A stretch of DNA of 64,000 nucleotides, taken from NCBI GenBank assembly GCA_977020255.1, contig CDROCS010003826.1:1-64000 (forward strand), given 5' to 3'. Both the position numbers and the translations under genes were made by a program. The stretch comes from Obrimoposthia wandeli. Lineage: Eukaryota. The notes under the pieces were generated by a model. It worked only from the letters and a program-made list of their open reading frames with translations. It was not told the origin of the DNA and did not search any database. Positions 23,770 through 38,100 of this stretch are shown in pieces (position 1 is the first letter of the stretch; each line of letters opens with the position of its first letter).

Positions 23770-25050
23770 GTTACGGCATGTGCTGCAGTTGTCACGGCAA
23801 CATACATCTCTTGTTGCTGGGTCTTTTGGCTCACTTTTCTTCGCGGATGGGAGCCAGAAGTCTCACTTACCCATTCATTCTTGTAGTTCATATGGGCGAT
23901 GTCTTCATTATCACGTTTATGTTACTTAATATGTGTTGGGACCAGAGTTGTATCACTTCTTAGGTAAGCCTCTGGTGAGTGAGTTCTTAAGAGTAACAGG
24001 ACTTGTATGACCGGCCTATCCTTAATTGTCTTAAATTTTACTGTGATAATTTCTGAAGGTTATTTCGTGTACTGGGATAACTTTGATTGTGTTAAAAAAC
24101 GAATATTAACTTATGGCGTCCGTTCTCTTATTTATGTGATCTGCATTTAATTCTAGATACTTTTCTAAAAAATGTGTTTACACAGAAGATTTGCAATCTA
24201 TTAAACATATGTGAATCCGAATCGAGTCACTTTTACAATATCATTTTGATGTTTAATACAGTTACCAAAATCAATTTATGTAAACTTTAAAACAAAACAC
24301 TTTATCACCCGTTCACAATTAAAGATAAATAAATAACGTACACGTTAATAGATAAATAAGTACAACAAAATTAAACGTATAAGTCGATTTTTATTCCTAC
24401 TCCTCCTGACGGGGATTTAAGATTAAAAAAGGCTAGAGCCGTAATAGGTTGTAGAATTTATCAAGATATCCAAAACGGGGTATCGCTAGTGGTCAGTAAT
24501 ATACAATATTGTAAACTAAGTATTTTAGGTTATCGATTTATCAATTTTTTTCAGTTTAACAAATGATCTCAAGCGCCTTGTGCTGCTGCGTCCCAGGTCC
24601 GACTAAGAGGAACATTGAGGTTGTTATTGTCCATCGGAGTTTGATTCGGATTTTTCGGCCTTGAAAAATCTTCTGAGGTCTATCTTTTCGTCTTTGCTTC
24701 TACTTTTATACCCTTCTTTCTTGTCTCTTGATGATTTTCATGATCAACCATTAATCGTGAATTTCCAACTTCTGCTGCCTCAAGTAACTATGTTTACTCC
24801 TTACATGTGTGTTTACTTATTTTGCCTCCTCCACAGAACAATTTTTTTAGACTCTTCTACCTCAGGTTACACCATTAGTATTATGGTTAGAGGCCATCTG
24901 AGGTTAATAAGCTCCTCCATTTTCGATAATTAATTCTCGATTTTGCTTATTTCACCTATTTTGATTTTAACTAAATTTTAATTTCCAGGATTACTAAAGC
25001 CAATTATTTGAATTAAATCGTCCATTCCTGGACCTTAACAAATGAATAAA
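23770..25050 (-). mobile_element. Possible highly decayed non-LTR retrotransposon remnant (ORF1 knuckle and endonuclease start)
   Basis: Eroded Cys/His-like segment near 24830-24900 and an SGGVGI motif near 24400; stops in all frames. Confidence 0.3.
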
Positions 25051-25676
25051 GTTTTATAATTTGTACGGCTTTCAAATTGCAGTTTTGATTTTTCAAACAT
25101 AGATGTCGAATTTTTATATTTTTACTGCATCGCTAATAGCATGGTTTCTCAATTTGCAAAATGTTATATTTTTATGAAAATATATATTAAAAAATTTATA
25201 ACTATTATTGTTTGTAAAACAGAAAATATTTTTTCTTTTTGACAAAATCATAAAAATTAATCTACTAATTTCTATTTGAAGAATCGTAATTTGTGCACAG
25301 TTCTTTTTCTATGCATACTTAGTGGATTTATTACTATTTCGGTTGATTTATATAAAAATTATTTGTTGAATTTATCTTTACAACTTGAATTCTATTTTAG
25401 AATAATTTAACAAAATTTTCTCAATATTTGAAGAGATATTAACATACTTTAAACAAATTTTAATACTTAACATTCTTTTACAGATTATTAAATGTTTTCA
25501 TATCAATATATATATATTTATATTAGAAACTGGATAAGTTCTATATTGATATTCCCTGTAAATTTACATAAAGTTGATACAACAAAATTTAGAAAAATGA
25601 GCTTACAGAGAAGATTGATGAAGAAATGTGTATATATTGCAGCAAGAGACAAGAGGGAGAGAAGGATACACAGCAT

Positions 25677-26159
25677 TCAGTTGTACTTGGTGGTGTATGT
25701 GGGCGGCGCAGTCTGGGGATCGTGGGAGTGGGAGATCATGAGAGAGGGAGAGAAGTGGGGCTGGACTGCAGCAGTCTGCGGTGGCGGCTGGTGGGGTCTG
25801 TGCTGCTGCTGGTTGATGATGTAGCCAGGTGGTGGCTGTGGTGTCTGCTGGTTGATGGAGATTAAGCGATGCTGTTGCTGCTGGGGCGTGGCGGCCGTCA
25901 GCATGGTCACATTGCCCGCAGAGTTGGCAGGTCCAGAGTATAAATACTGGGGCTGTTGCTGTTGTCGGTGACCTCCCAGTCTGATGACCGAGCCCTGGTC
26001 CGTCTCACCAGAGCCTCCGTGATGATAGCCACCCCCACTGCCCCCCACGAACTGTACCGACTGATAGCCAGGCCGCTGGGAAGCTGCTCCATACAGTTCC
26101 GCCTGGGGCTCTCCCGCGCTTTCAACGATGATCTTCTGACCCGGCACACCCTCATACAT
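25677..26159 (-). CDS. KMT2C: KMT2C/D exon 22 (last exon visible; in-frame TGA at 25677-25679)
   Basis: GTGCAG acceptor, phase 0. Only weak donor candidates before the stop, so terminal status is unproven. Confidence 0.75.
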   Translation of the reverse strand: MYEGVPGQKIIVESAGEPQAELYGAASQRPGYQSVQFVGGSGGGYHHGGSGETDQGSVIRLGGHRQQQQPQYLYSGPANSAGNVTMLTAATPQQQQHRLISINQQTPQPPPGYIINQQQHRPHQPPPQTAAVQPHFSPSLMISHSHDPQTAPPTYTTKYN

Positions 26160-29100
26160 CTGCACCGATAGCATCACAATTAGACGACTTTACCAAACCA
26201 TGGTGCTATAACGTGATTGAAGAATTCAACATATATGTAAATGGCGCTTTAATGAGGTGCATATTATTCTAAAACAGTTTTTAAGTAATGCGCATAAATA
26301 GTCGTCTTTTCGAGGCGGACACTTTAACAATTTTCATGACAGTCTTAAATAACTTTTAGATTAAAGGTTATACTTAAACGTTTCAATTGAAAACGGTTTC
26401 TGTGAATTTCTCGCTTTGAGACTCATTAAAGGTTTTAAGCCCATAAATACTGTTTCCAAAACCTAGGGGTTGCAAAACGTTTTCCTCCTTTATTGTGCTT
26501 ATCGGTGCACGGTGCCAACTCAGACAAAATCGTTATCCAAAATCTCACTGAATGACAAGCTAAATTCACCTCGGTCACGTTGGCGGCTTTCAGATTCAAA
26601 TATGAAGCACCAAAAACGAGTTATGAACTATTTCTTTACTTTCCTCAAAAGTAGATATTATTTCACAAGATCATTGGATATGAATGCAAAGAAGTTGAGT
26701 ATTTGGGAAAAAAACTATTTAAATTTTCAAAACTCAGATTGCCTCATATACGGTAGCAGAATGGAGGGCATTAAGGTACAACTCCCATTGATGATTCTCT
26801 TCTTGACATTATCGAAATAGTAAAAATGTCTGGCGATTAAAGATATTCCAGATAATATCGAGGAAGAAGTGACCAAAAGGCTTTCCAAATTGTCCAAACC
26901 ACGAATATTAGCCGTAAAGCACATTTAAAATTATTATAGAGAAAGAAACAGTGAACAAATATTTTTTCTTAGGTCAAACCTAGAGGGAAATGGCGTGGGG
27001 GGGACTTTGTGTATACATTTGTGCAGATAGCGCTCTATCAGTGGTGCGTTGTTAAGGACGGGTTGTCCTTGCCAAAACAAGAACCCTAAACACCAACTAT
27101 CCGCACAGCTTTCTAGATGGAGAGTCCTGGTTGCAGAAACACCGGTTGCTTCAATAAAACCCGCTTTGGACCAAGTTCAGAACATAGTAAATTACACCAA
27201 TTACCTTTCAGAACATAGTTTTAACAACCTTCTATATCCATGGAGGCTCAGTAGGAATGTTTGTTTTTATACAGTGTAGTAAAACGGTTGTCGGCGGTAA
27301 AGTGTTCAATCGGAGTTTGGAACTGAAAAATGAATGATTGGCATCTTTCTTTTATACCGAAATGAAAATATTTTTGTGAAAAATCTTAGGAATGATATTT
27401 GTTGTGATAAAATTGAATACAGTAAAGTTGACTTTCAAGGGACGAAACATTTTAGAATTTCTCTAGTTAGAGGACAAATCAAAAAAGTCAAGTAAACACT
27501 GTGTAGTGTCATGATAGTTGGTGCAGGAATGTAATGTGTAAGTCGGGTTGTCGACTCACTAACCTGGTATACGTGGTGGCCTTGCTGTATGAACTTCGGG
27601 TGGCCGCCCAAGGAAGGCTGCACGGAGATGAGCTGCTGTTGCTGCTGTTGGCTCTTGTGCGGTTGGCTAGGCGCCGCGGACGACGCGATCCAGAGGTTGG
27701 GCGTCCCGGGGGACCGCTGTGCCGGACCAAGGTGCATGACTGCCTGCGCCTGCTGCTGCTGATGACTGAGCTGTGGCGGTGGCTGCATCACGCGCTTCTC
27801 CTCCTCCTCCATGTACACCTCATCCATGCCACTGTACTGCTGTTGTCCGCGGTACGAATCATCCATCAACATGTACTGCTGAGGCTGTCTCTGTTGCTGC
27901 TGGTAGTTCTCCGGACCAGACACTGGAAACAATTTGAATATTCACCATGGACAATGTAAAATAAGATCACTATACATCAGCCAAGCACTAACCACACTTA
28001 CGATACTAGATGGAGATCGTAAAATCCAAATTATGTCCTCATTTAATATTAGATCCGCCATCAACTTCAATAAATACATCCCCAACTCCCATTGAGAAAG
28101 CATAATATAAATTTAAATGCAAATCGATAAATATCTTTTCAAATAAATAAATTTGCATTAAAAATACATTAAAACAACTAGAAAATTATTTGAGTATTAA
28201 TATCTTTAAAATTATTTTATAAAAATTGAACAAAAGGTCATTTCAAGTTGTCAACATAATTTACAATAAAATATCAAATAAATAAATTAATTTATAAAAT
28301 CAAATTTGTATAAGATAAAACTATTTCAAGTAAAATAGCAACAGCTAAGGGGAAGTAGGGAGCTTCAAAGCTTTCTGGAATTCAAATTTTAGGATATTGT
28401 TGGCCTTTTGCAAAAGATATCATTTAGTAGAAATATGAAATAATATATGCGAAATTGCTACTAAGGTTACACTGAGAAAACACTTTTGAAATATAATGGT
28501 AAATTTTACGATATGTAACTTTTTACAGGAGCTTGTCTTTGTAACTATTTTTCAAGAAATTTCCATTACCATTTCATCTCATTTTTGTTTAATTTTCCTT
28601 AAGATATAAATGATAAAATATCGTGTTATTTCTGTAAACGCCAGTAATTGCATGGTTAAAAGATACGAGGTGTCTTTGAAATGGCAACGATTAGCAACCA
28701 TAGTGAATACCTGTGGAATCGCTGATAACAATGGAAAAGTACAGTTTAATAAACCCAGTGAAATGCCACTTCATTGGATTTTCCATTTCACAGTAAACCG
28801 TGCAATGAAACAAATTAACCAATTTCTGGGATTTATTCAATAGTAAGCATGATGTTTACCTTTTTTAGATCAGCTTCACATTAGTTTCCTAAAGTAATAT
28901 TTAAACAAACTGAGCTGAGGTGTTTATGAGTAGAAGATCGTGTTATGTGTCAAATATTCGACGGGAAATAGCAAGACCTTGAGACTCCTGGAAATTCAGT
29001 GTTGTTTGGGTTGTCATCTGTGCTAAATGCCTAATTAGATCTATGTTATCCAAACCACAGAATCGTTACTCTTTACTACTGAAATTGCTACATTTTATTA

Positions 29101-32100
29101 TTTGTAAACCTTTCTCCACACAGGACGACTTCAACTTGCTTCTGTACATATCAAAGGAATCTAAACAATTAAATAACGCATTTCTTGCATTTTGAAAATT
29201 TTCTTCGAACTCTTTTACTTTACTTTTGTAAATTTTTTCCTCCAATATTTTGTTTTGGGTCTGTTTTCCTTTTTTCTTTTATATACAAAAAATATCTCAA
29301 ATCTTTAGATATTTTGTTAAAACATAAAATAAAATTCCAAATTTAACTTCTAGAGTACATATAAGAAATTGGACAGAATAATGGTAACGTAACATGGATG
29401 CAGCTTTAAATGCACCTCACCGCTCCACACTGCCTGCTTGGTTTTAACACATTTCCCTCTCTAACCTCACATCAGTGTGATTGTTTTGCAATGGCATCAT
29501 TCCGCCTGACTCATCTGATGATGAGACTTTGCAGTGTGCAGGTGCTGCCGATTTTAAGAATGCAGATGGGAAAATTGGTGGATATGAAAAGGTAAATTAT
29601 GGACTGCTATTTGTAAAGCCTTTGCATCATTTACTCCAAAGATTATATAATCATTAACTTCTCTGAATTTTTAATGATCATTCTAGGAAAAATGAGTTAA
29701 ATTGGAGAATGAAAATTTTGTATTCTATATGAAAAATAATGTTTCTTTCTTATTTCTTGGGATCCGTTTTAAACTAAAAATAACCTACGATTTCTGATTT
29801 CCAGGTATCCTTGAAAATATAAATCTCACCTCCCCACAAATATCAACCCATTAAATATTTTATTATTCAAATTCCGCTCGAGAAGCTTTGTTTATAACCA
29901 TAGTGAAATATTTAAATTGAGCACATTTAAATGTTAAGAATTTTTTTCGATTCTTTTAAACACTGATAAAAAAATTAAACTATTATTCAAAATGAACGAG
30001 CCTGCCAGGCACATACACCACAGATTGAAAAGCATATTAATTGTATTTAACATTGAGACAATTGCAACTTTGGAAAAGATTAGAAAAATTCAGATTTAAA
30101 TCCGTAAAACCCAATGGCAAAATTAACGGCATTACTAAGAAGACGCACGAGTTGATTGTACGCTACGAAATAAAAATGAAATCATAGTACAATGTTATTA
30201 TTACTGCGACTAGCCCTTCCAAACTAAATTAAATTATGTACTGAGGTCTTTTCGTCGTATATATAAAATTGCAGAATATATTTTTCTGTTTTTCAACTCT
30301 CATGAAAATATCGAGTAATTATTTTAAATATATAAGGTCAAGCATTTTCTAAAACTATTTAAAAAAACACAATTCTACAAAAGGACCTTCTGTTGTTGCC
30401 GGATAGATTATATGAACATATTTTGTTTGCTCGTACAAACGCAACGACACAATTTGGGAACACGCCGAGTGACTGTGGTGCTTTCATTGATTGGCAGATG
30501 CGTAGTGCACTGTTTGGCGCTTTGTATCGTTCCCCAAATTTATGTTACACCTCAACCGTGTTATAATCGACAAACAAGACCAGCTCACCACACATAAGTT
30601 ATTCCCTTCACATTTATTCAACTCTTTAGTGAGATTTCTTAACATGTGTTGATTGTAAATGACAAATGTTTTGGTACGCCCATGCTACTTAAATAGAGAA
30701 AAATAATGACGGATACATAAATTGTCATTCGTAATTTGCTCAACTGCACCCATTTTCCCGGAAATGAACATGAAATATAACAAGTGGGTATGCATAAAAC
30801 TGTGCGCATCCAGGTTGCATCTGAGTTATCAAATGACCCAGAAGCTATAACGCGGTAGCCGACATATGGACCACTAGAGCCACTAGAGCGTCTAAGTGCA
30901 GTGAGCGACTACAAGAAATAAAGACACGGCACAGCAGCCCAAGTTGAGCGAGTTAATATTAGTAAAGCGCTGGCGAAAAGGAAAAGAATATATATATTAC
31001 TGACAGTCAAAATCGATGCCTCTGAAACGGGGGGGTCAAAAACTGTTAAGGGAGAAAACCAACGCGAAAAAGATCGGTTTAAAATACATCGCTTACTTAA
31101 TTAGACAGCGCCATATTTATATGTATTGAGAATGAATATATAAAAGTCGTATCAAAATGTTCATGGACACATCCTAAAATCTAATCGTTCAAGTTCGGTA
31201 CATTTACGGAAAATGATTAAACATAGGGTTCTTAATCGCCAGAGAAAACAAATGCCATTGTCAAGATTCAAATATTTTGGGGTGAAATTTAACAAAAACT
31301 GCAAATAATTAATTAGCTAGAATATTTGGAGATCTGTATTTTTACTTTGATAATTTATTACAGTAGATTTCGATTAAACGAAATTCAGCTATAACGAAGT
31401 AATTTAGACGGTCCCTTGAAAATTAAAAATAAAATTGTATTAAATTATGGCTACAGCGAATAATTTTTGTTGTTGCAAATTTAATTTTGTAATAGTCAGA
31501 TTTTAAAATGGTAAATTATTTTAATGTGGCAAAAAACGATTTCAATTGGTTTAAATATAAGAAAATTATGATAATTTTAAATTAAATATTTAAACGACAT
31601 CAATTTATCAAAATGCTCGAGTGCATAATTTAAAACGAACAATTGTTACGCTCCAACAGAAGGTCTAAATATTTAAAGCTGTCGACCGTGCTAGGACCCA
31701 TTGCAAGAAATTGAAGATAGCTGAAGAGTTTGGTTTACCAACCTCAACATTATCCATGATTATTAGAAATAAAGAAAGCATCATAGCAAAGTTCAAATAT
31801 GGCAACACTTCAACATCAATCAAGCGATTTCGTGCTCCTATTGCTAAAGCCGTAGACCAGTCGCTATTGACATGATTTGGTGCAAGAGCTTCTCATTTAT
31901 GCATAACGGAGTTATGCTGCAAAGAAAGGTGAAGGAATTCGCTGGTGAGGTTGGCTTTTCACAGGGGATTTGTACCACCACTACGATCAGAAAGGTGCAG
32001 GAATTCGCTGGTGAGGTTGGCCTTTCACAGGGGATTTGTACCATCACTACGATCACAAAGGTGCAGGAATTCGCTGGTGAGGTTGGCCTTTCACAGGGGA

Positions 32101-35100
32101 TTTGTACCATCACTACGATCAGAAAAAACTCGTAATGTCATCGTTCTCTGGCAACTTCATCCTATCAATATGAATTCCAGAACACAGCATTCCCCAAACT
32201 TCCTGAGAACTTGTCCGCCAAAAGCCTTTGCAACATTTTGTTTGAGAAGGTGGAAGAGACCTAAGACGACTGGTGTGAGTAAAGTGGTTGTTTCGTCAGA
32301 CTGCATTTCGTGGCATTCTAAGCCATAAAATCGTGGTCATCGTGTCAAAGCAGCGGTCAAAAATTAGAAAACAAACTATTGACTCAATCCTTAAATAATA
32401 CAATATTAACTGATACACTTTGTTAATTTTCTGATAAGGAAATATTTTTCAATGGTTCGCTGAAAACCGTTAAAAGGGAAATCTACTTTACTTGCTATTT
32501 ATCAGCTCCCTGTTTTAAATACTTTATATTCACCGAACACTTTATATGCCTGACTATGTTCAAAGAGTACTTTCCAGATTATGTATGAAGTTAGAGTTAT
32601 TTACCTAATTTTAGGATCTAGAAGTCGAAAATGTGTAAATAAAATATGAAATAGATTTAGCTGTATGTCTACTTTGGATTTGAATAAATTTGATTATTTT
32701 ACATTGGTTTATATCAAAAATCCACCTGGAAGATTTATGAAGTACAAGGATCTTTTTATTGTTCATAGACTAAAACAACCTTGTGAAACGTATAAAACTG
32801 TGGAAGTGTGTGTGGAAATGCAATGAAATATAATGTTGTAGTATAAAATATTGGAAACATGTCGACATGAGAACTGAAGGTGGACATTGAGATGGCGTCT
32901 ACAGATGCTTGACAGGGGACTCACACAATCCGGCAGGACTGTTGTGGACTGATGAGTTTGAGGCTGCAGGTGTTGTAGCCGCTGTCATATACGGTGATGC
33001 AGGCGGGTCCACCTCAGCTTGCTGTTGAGATTGTTGCTGTTGTTGAATTTGCTGTTGTTGTTGAATTTGCTGCTGCTGTTGCTGCTGTTGCTGCTGTTGT
33101 TGTTGCTGTTGTTGCTGCTGTTGTTGTTGCTGCTGAACTTGATGATGCTGCTGAAGCTGTTGTTGAGACTGCTGGGGCTGAGGCTGATGGTGTATTTGTT
33201 GCTGCTGCTGGGTCTGGTGGTGCTGCTGGAGTTGTGGGGACTGTGATTGAAGTTGCTGGTGCTGTTGTGATTGAAGTTGCTGCTGCTGGAGCTGTTGGAG
33301 CTGTTGCTGCTGCTGTTGTTGGAGCTGATGATGAGCCGGCGGTCGGTACTGACTAGAGGTTGTGGGCAACTCCTGCTTACGATCGACATTGACGCGCGTA
33401 ATGATCACCGGTGGCTCAAACATCTCCTCCTTGGGCAGGAGTCCCCCTAATGGCGTGTTACTGCTGCCAGTACTGCCCGTAGCCACCGCAGATTGAGATG
33501 ACTGCTTCTGGAAATGACCATAGTCCATAGTCGGCTGCTGCGTCTGTATGAGAAGATAATTTGGTCAACTAGCAAATCAGACAGAATAATCAGTCAAATA
33601 CGTGCTTAGATTAAATCTTTTGCTAAAGAACTTTGTTCCGCATATCTTTCTCCGCACAAGTCCTGATATGATGAATGAAAAATTATTTGACAAAGTTATT
33701 TATTAAACGTTAAGTTTTACGAAGCTGAAGGGTCATTCTTTGATAACTCCAAATCGGACACCTGTTGTTCACTGTGGCATATCTATCGAGCAATTCGTAA
33801 CATTAAATGGTTACTTGTCTTTCTTGTAATAACACTAGACAAGCATTGTTAAAAGAGTTAGTAGAGCAACTGTGTTGAGTGGATTTATTGCTGCATGCAT
33901 GCTAATGCTTGATCATAAGAAACAAGTCATTTCTGTTTGGGCGTTTGTAAATCCCCAGTGAATCTATTTAATTCTGGTCACACAGTCGACGCTTGTCAGT
34001 GTCTTGAAACTGACTTGTGCAAGTTTCTGTGTAGACGTGTGAAAGTGCTACCAAAGCTGACGTTGGTTTCATGTATGGCGTAATAGTGTATGGATGTTGA
34101 ACAATTAGCATTGAGAGAATTGCACTGGCGCAAATATAACTCACAAAATTTAACGAGCAGTTATCAGTAGAAAATTTGATGATTTCAATTGACGGATTGT
34201 AATCACTGCGGTTAATTGTTGTCAGTGTATTACGTAATCAAATGAATTCGGCGTAATTTTGCTCGCTGAAAAAATGATCTCTACGAAGCGTTGTACATTT
34301 ATCTATCCCATTTTTACAAAATGAAGCTAGGCACAAACTCAGTATGCAAATGCAACAGTATCGGACGATCATAACGCAGTGTACTCATTTTTGTTGAATC
34401 ATCATCTGAGATTAATGGTGTCGTTGAACACAGTTGCCACTCTTCATAATCCGAACCTTCGTGACTTTGAGTACGCATTGTGTCTTGACATGGTTTATCG
34501 ATTTGATTATACGCACTACTGTATACTTAAAACTATCTAAAGCAAATGACTCGCTCAATTGCCAACTAACCGACTTGGAGAACGCTGCAAGAGATGTATA
34601 ACTGGACTCCACTATGTTGCTTTAGTATCGACAAATGTCATGTTCATTTTCCGCACAATGGTTAGCGTATTTAGTACTTTGTGCGCATCTTCCATCCTTT
34701 ATCTCTTTGATATTAAATGTGCAGAGCGTTTCATGTTGTGATAGATTATTGAATTTCGTTGTAACAGAGTAATTCATTTTGAAATAGAAACTAAGAATTT
34801 ATAAATAACATATAATGTTAAAATTTTGATGATAAAATAGCAGATTTATAAGTTGAGAGTTGCAATATTTCTTCAACAGAGCTCGAAAACTTTAAATTGC
34901 ATTTCTTTTTATACTAATAGTTTTGGGTTAGCCTAATCTGTACTGGCCACGTTTACAGCGTCCGACAATTTTCCTGTGTTGATGAGATTGATGCATTGAA
35001 AAAGTGATTAAAATTAAGAAAGACGAATATAATATTAAAAAAGCTACGTAACAATTTTTACAGGAAATTTACTAAAATGTATTAAAAACTTCAAATCTTA

Positions 35101-38100
35101 TTTATCAAGTGACTAAAGATAGATTAAGTAAGAAAATCTAGAATTAGACCATGTGACAAGTGGCGGGTGAGAGTGAGAGCAGGCTGTGTCTCACCGGAGA
35201 AGGGCTGGGGTGACGCAGAACGGGCGAGACTACCATCTGCGAGACGGGGCTGTATCTGGGCGCGATGGCCGCTTTGTTGGAGCCACCGGGTGACATGGGT
35301 GTGGTGCGGGCTGCCGCCTGCTGGCACTGTGGGCTCTGTGGCGTGGAAGGTGCCGTGCTGGTAGCACCAGGCTTACCAAGGGGACTCGGCTGGAATCGGT
35401 GCTGCTGCTGTTGGTAAACCACAGGCGACACTGGTGACACCCGGGCCGCTTCTGGTTGGCTGCCAACTGTCTCTTCTGGCTGCTGCTGCATCATGTGCGG
35501 GTGATGGTAGGCTTGCTGTGGCTGCGGGGGCAAGTAGCGTGGGTGGTAATAGGGCTGTTGGGGCTGCTGGGGCCTCGTCAGGCGGTGTTGTTGCTGCTGC
35601 TGGGAGACCGGGTCTATGATGATGTAACCGTGTGGTGTCCCACTGTACTTGTAGAGCTGGTCCGACTGCAAAGGTGCTTGGCCAGGCAAGTAGGTGGCCC
35701 AAGTTGTTGTGGATTGTGGTGGAGGCGGCGGTTGTTGCTGCTGGTAATAATGCTGCTGCTGTTGTTGTGGCTGCTGCTGACGAGGAATATCTTCTGGTTG
35801 AGTAGGCAGCGGCGGGTCACTGGTAGAAGGCTGCTCTACAGAGATTGGCTTGTTGCTACTAGCGGCCGCTCTCCGAGACAGCATGTCACGCAACTTGGTG
35901 TTGCTGTCCTGTTGCTGCAACGGTGGCCAGATGGGCGGCGGCCGCGGAGGAGGTAGGTATTCGCTTCCTGAGACTGCCCCTACTGCTGATGCCACCGACA
36001 CAACAGGTTCCTGTGGGCGCATCAGCATCATCATGCGCGGACTGTCCATCTGGGCCTGTGACTGTGGCGATTCCACGGAGCCACGGCCCAACGACATCGG
36101 TGGCGACTGAAGAGGACTGGCTACAAACGGACTGGTTACCATACCCTGCTGCTGCTGTTGACTACGAGATGCAAACTGTTGTTGTTGCTGCTGCTGCTGA
36201 GCCAGACAATCTCCCATGGGGGACTGCTGCATGAACTTGGGCCCACCACTCCCTACCACAAGGTTGCCACTCGATACTGTCTCGACAGGCTTCTTCTTGA
36301 GGGAGGATCACATCAATGGCACCTCACATACAATCACAATACAGACACAAGCAATGTCCATTCATACACAACACAAACCGTGTCATCTCTTATACAACAC
36401 AGACACAAGATGAAATATATTTTACTGATCTTTTCTAAACTACGCTAGTGATTTTAATCAATAACACTCAATATAGTAAACCTCATATACATATTCAATC
36501 TCAATTACAGTAGCGTACTCTAGAAACATGTTACATGAACCCTATAATAAAATAATTAACCTAACTGTACATCATGTATATGTTCATACACACAATTTAA
36601 GCGCAACTTTTCTATGACTAAGATTTATGTATGTCCGGCAACCTCAGAAAACATGAAATATTTACCCAATGACCAATCATCAAAATACAATTTGACGTAA
36701 GCCATTCACGCACAATACAGTGTATTTGTATATTTCTAACAAACACAGACGTCATGTTGAAAATTCTTCAACCCACAGTAGCAAATTAAAAATATAGTTG
36801 AAAGTTTGAGTACACATGTAAAACTTGAACCCAATTTCCTATCTCTAAATATAATCGTCTTTCTGGATCTCACCTTTTTTGATGATCCAGAGGTGCCAGG
36901 GTTGACAGTAGTGGATTTCTTATTGGACTTGTTCATTCGAGACTTGTTCTGAAACGGGATGTGGGAAAGTAGATAGCGCAGCATACTTATATTTATCGAC
37001 GTATAGAATAGTTAAATAAACATTTTGACAAGGCTACAAATAGCTTAAATTGGAAATTTTGGACGAGAAAAGCGGTGATGGGGTATAGGGAGGACGCACC
37101 ACCCACTGCTGCCGCTCGTCGGAGTTGAGCTTGCGCCAGAGCTTCTGAATCTCGCGAGAGCGGACCTGAATTTCAGGGAACTGTGTGGGCAGCTCGGGGT
37201 GCCTGGAGTTAGAGAAGAGAACAGGGGCGATGGTGGCTCTATCCCCGAGCTGCTCATCTTCCTGCCACTTGATGAGGTTGATGCGCTTGCTGGCCACAGC
37301 ACCAGAGGAGCCCGCTCCAACGGCAGATGGGGTCGCGGCGGTGCTGGATGCGGCTACTACTGAGGCTTGTTGCTGTAGCTGCGCTGCTGCCACAACCTGG
37401 GACTGAGGCGTGTCGGGGGTTGCTAGCGACATGCAGCTCCCTGAGTCTGGAGACAACATGCCATCGCCGGGGCGACCACGAATGGGGCTCTCGAATCGTT
37501 GTTGGGGACTCAAGTGCACCATTATCTGACCGCCCGGTGCACCAGTCCCAGCCACAGCTGCACATATACACGCTCAATTAGGGCTCGTTTCTCCAGTCTC
37601 GTCATAAACGCATCTACTACCTACCTTATAATTATTCAACTGATTGGCAATATATGGATTATATATCCGTATATCATAAACTTAACTAACATGAGAAGTT
37701 ATTGAAAATAGAAATCACAGATTTCATTAATATTAAAAAATATATTCTAAACATGGTAGACAATTCCCCTCTCCATATTAATTATTTTCATACTTATTTA
37801 TTTGTTTAAGTTACAATTTTAGCAAATGTCATCTCAATGTTTGAAATAAAAATGATTAACATCAAAATTATTTCAACCTCTAATATTTGAGAGTTTATAC
37901 ATATTTTCAAATTTACTTAACATAAAAGAAACTTCATTAAGTTGATTTATTTTCATTTTGAAATTATTTTTTATTTATTTATGAAACCCATAGCAACTTA
38001 ACATCTAAACAATATCATCGTATGGTAGACTCTTAGTTAAGTGTCGGAAAAATATTCATTTTTTTAACAAACTTATAAAATAAAATAACAAATAATAATT

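Noticed and set aside
23770-24010. Moderately GC-rich patch with a GTAAGT donor as a further KMT2 exon
   Set aside because: Stops in all three minus-strand frames and no FYR/SET similarity.
31925-32124. 66-bp repeat as a CRISPR array or repeat protein
   Set aside because: No spacers, eukaryotic context, lies inside a Tigger remnant.
32985-33389. Poly-Leu, poly-Ala/Val and poly-Ser/Asn ORFs
   Set aside because: Alternative frames and antisense of the CAG/CAA tract in exon 20.
33700-34750. Intermediate-GC intronic block
   Set aside because: Probably an old transposon, but no recognisable motif or terminus, so not called.
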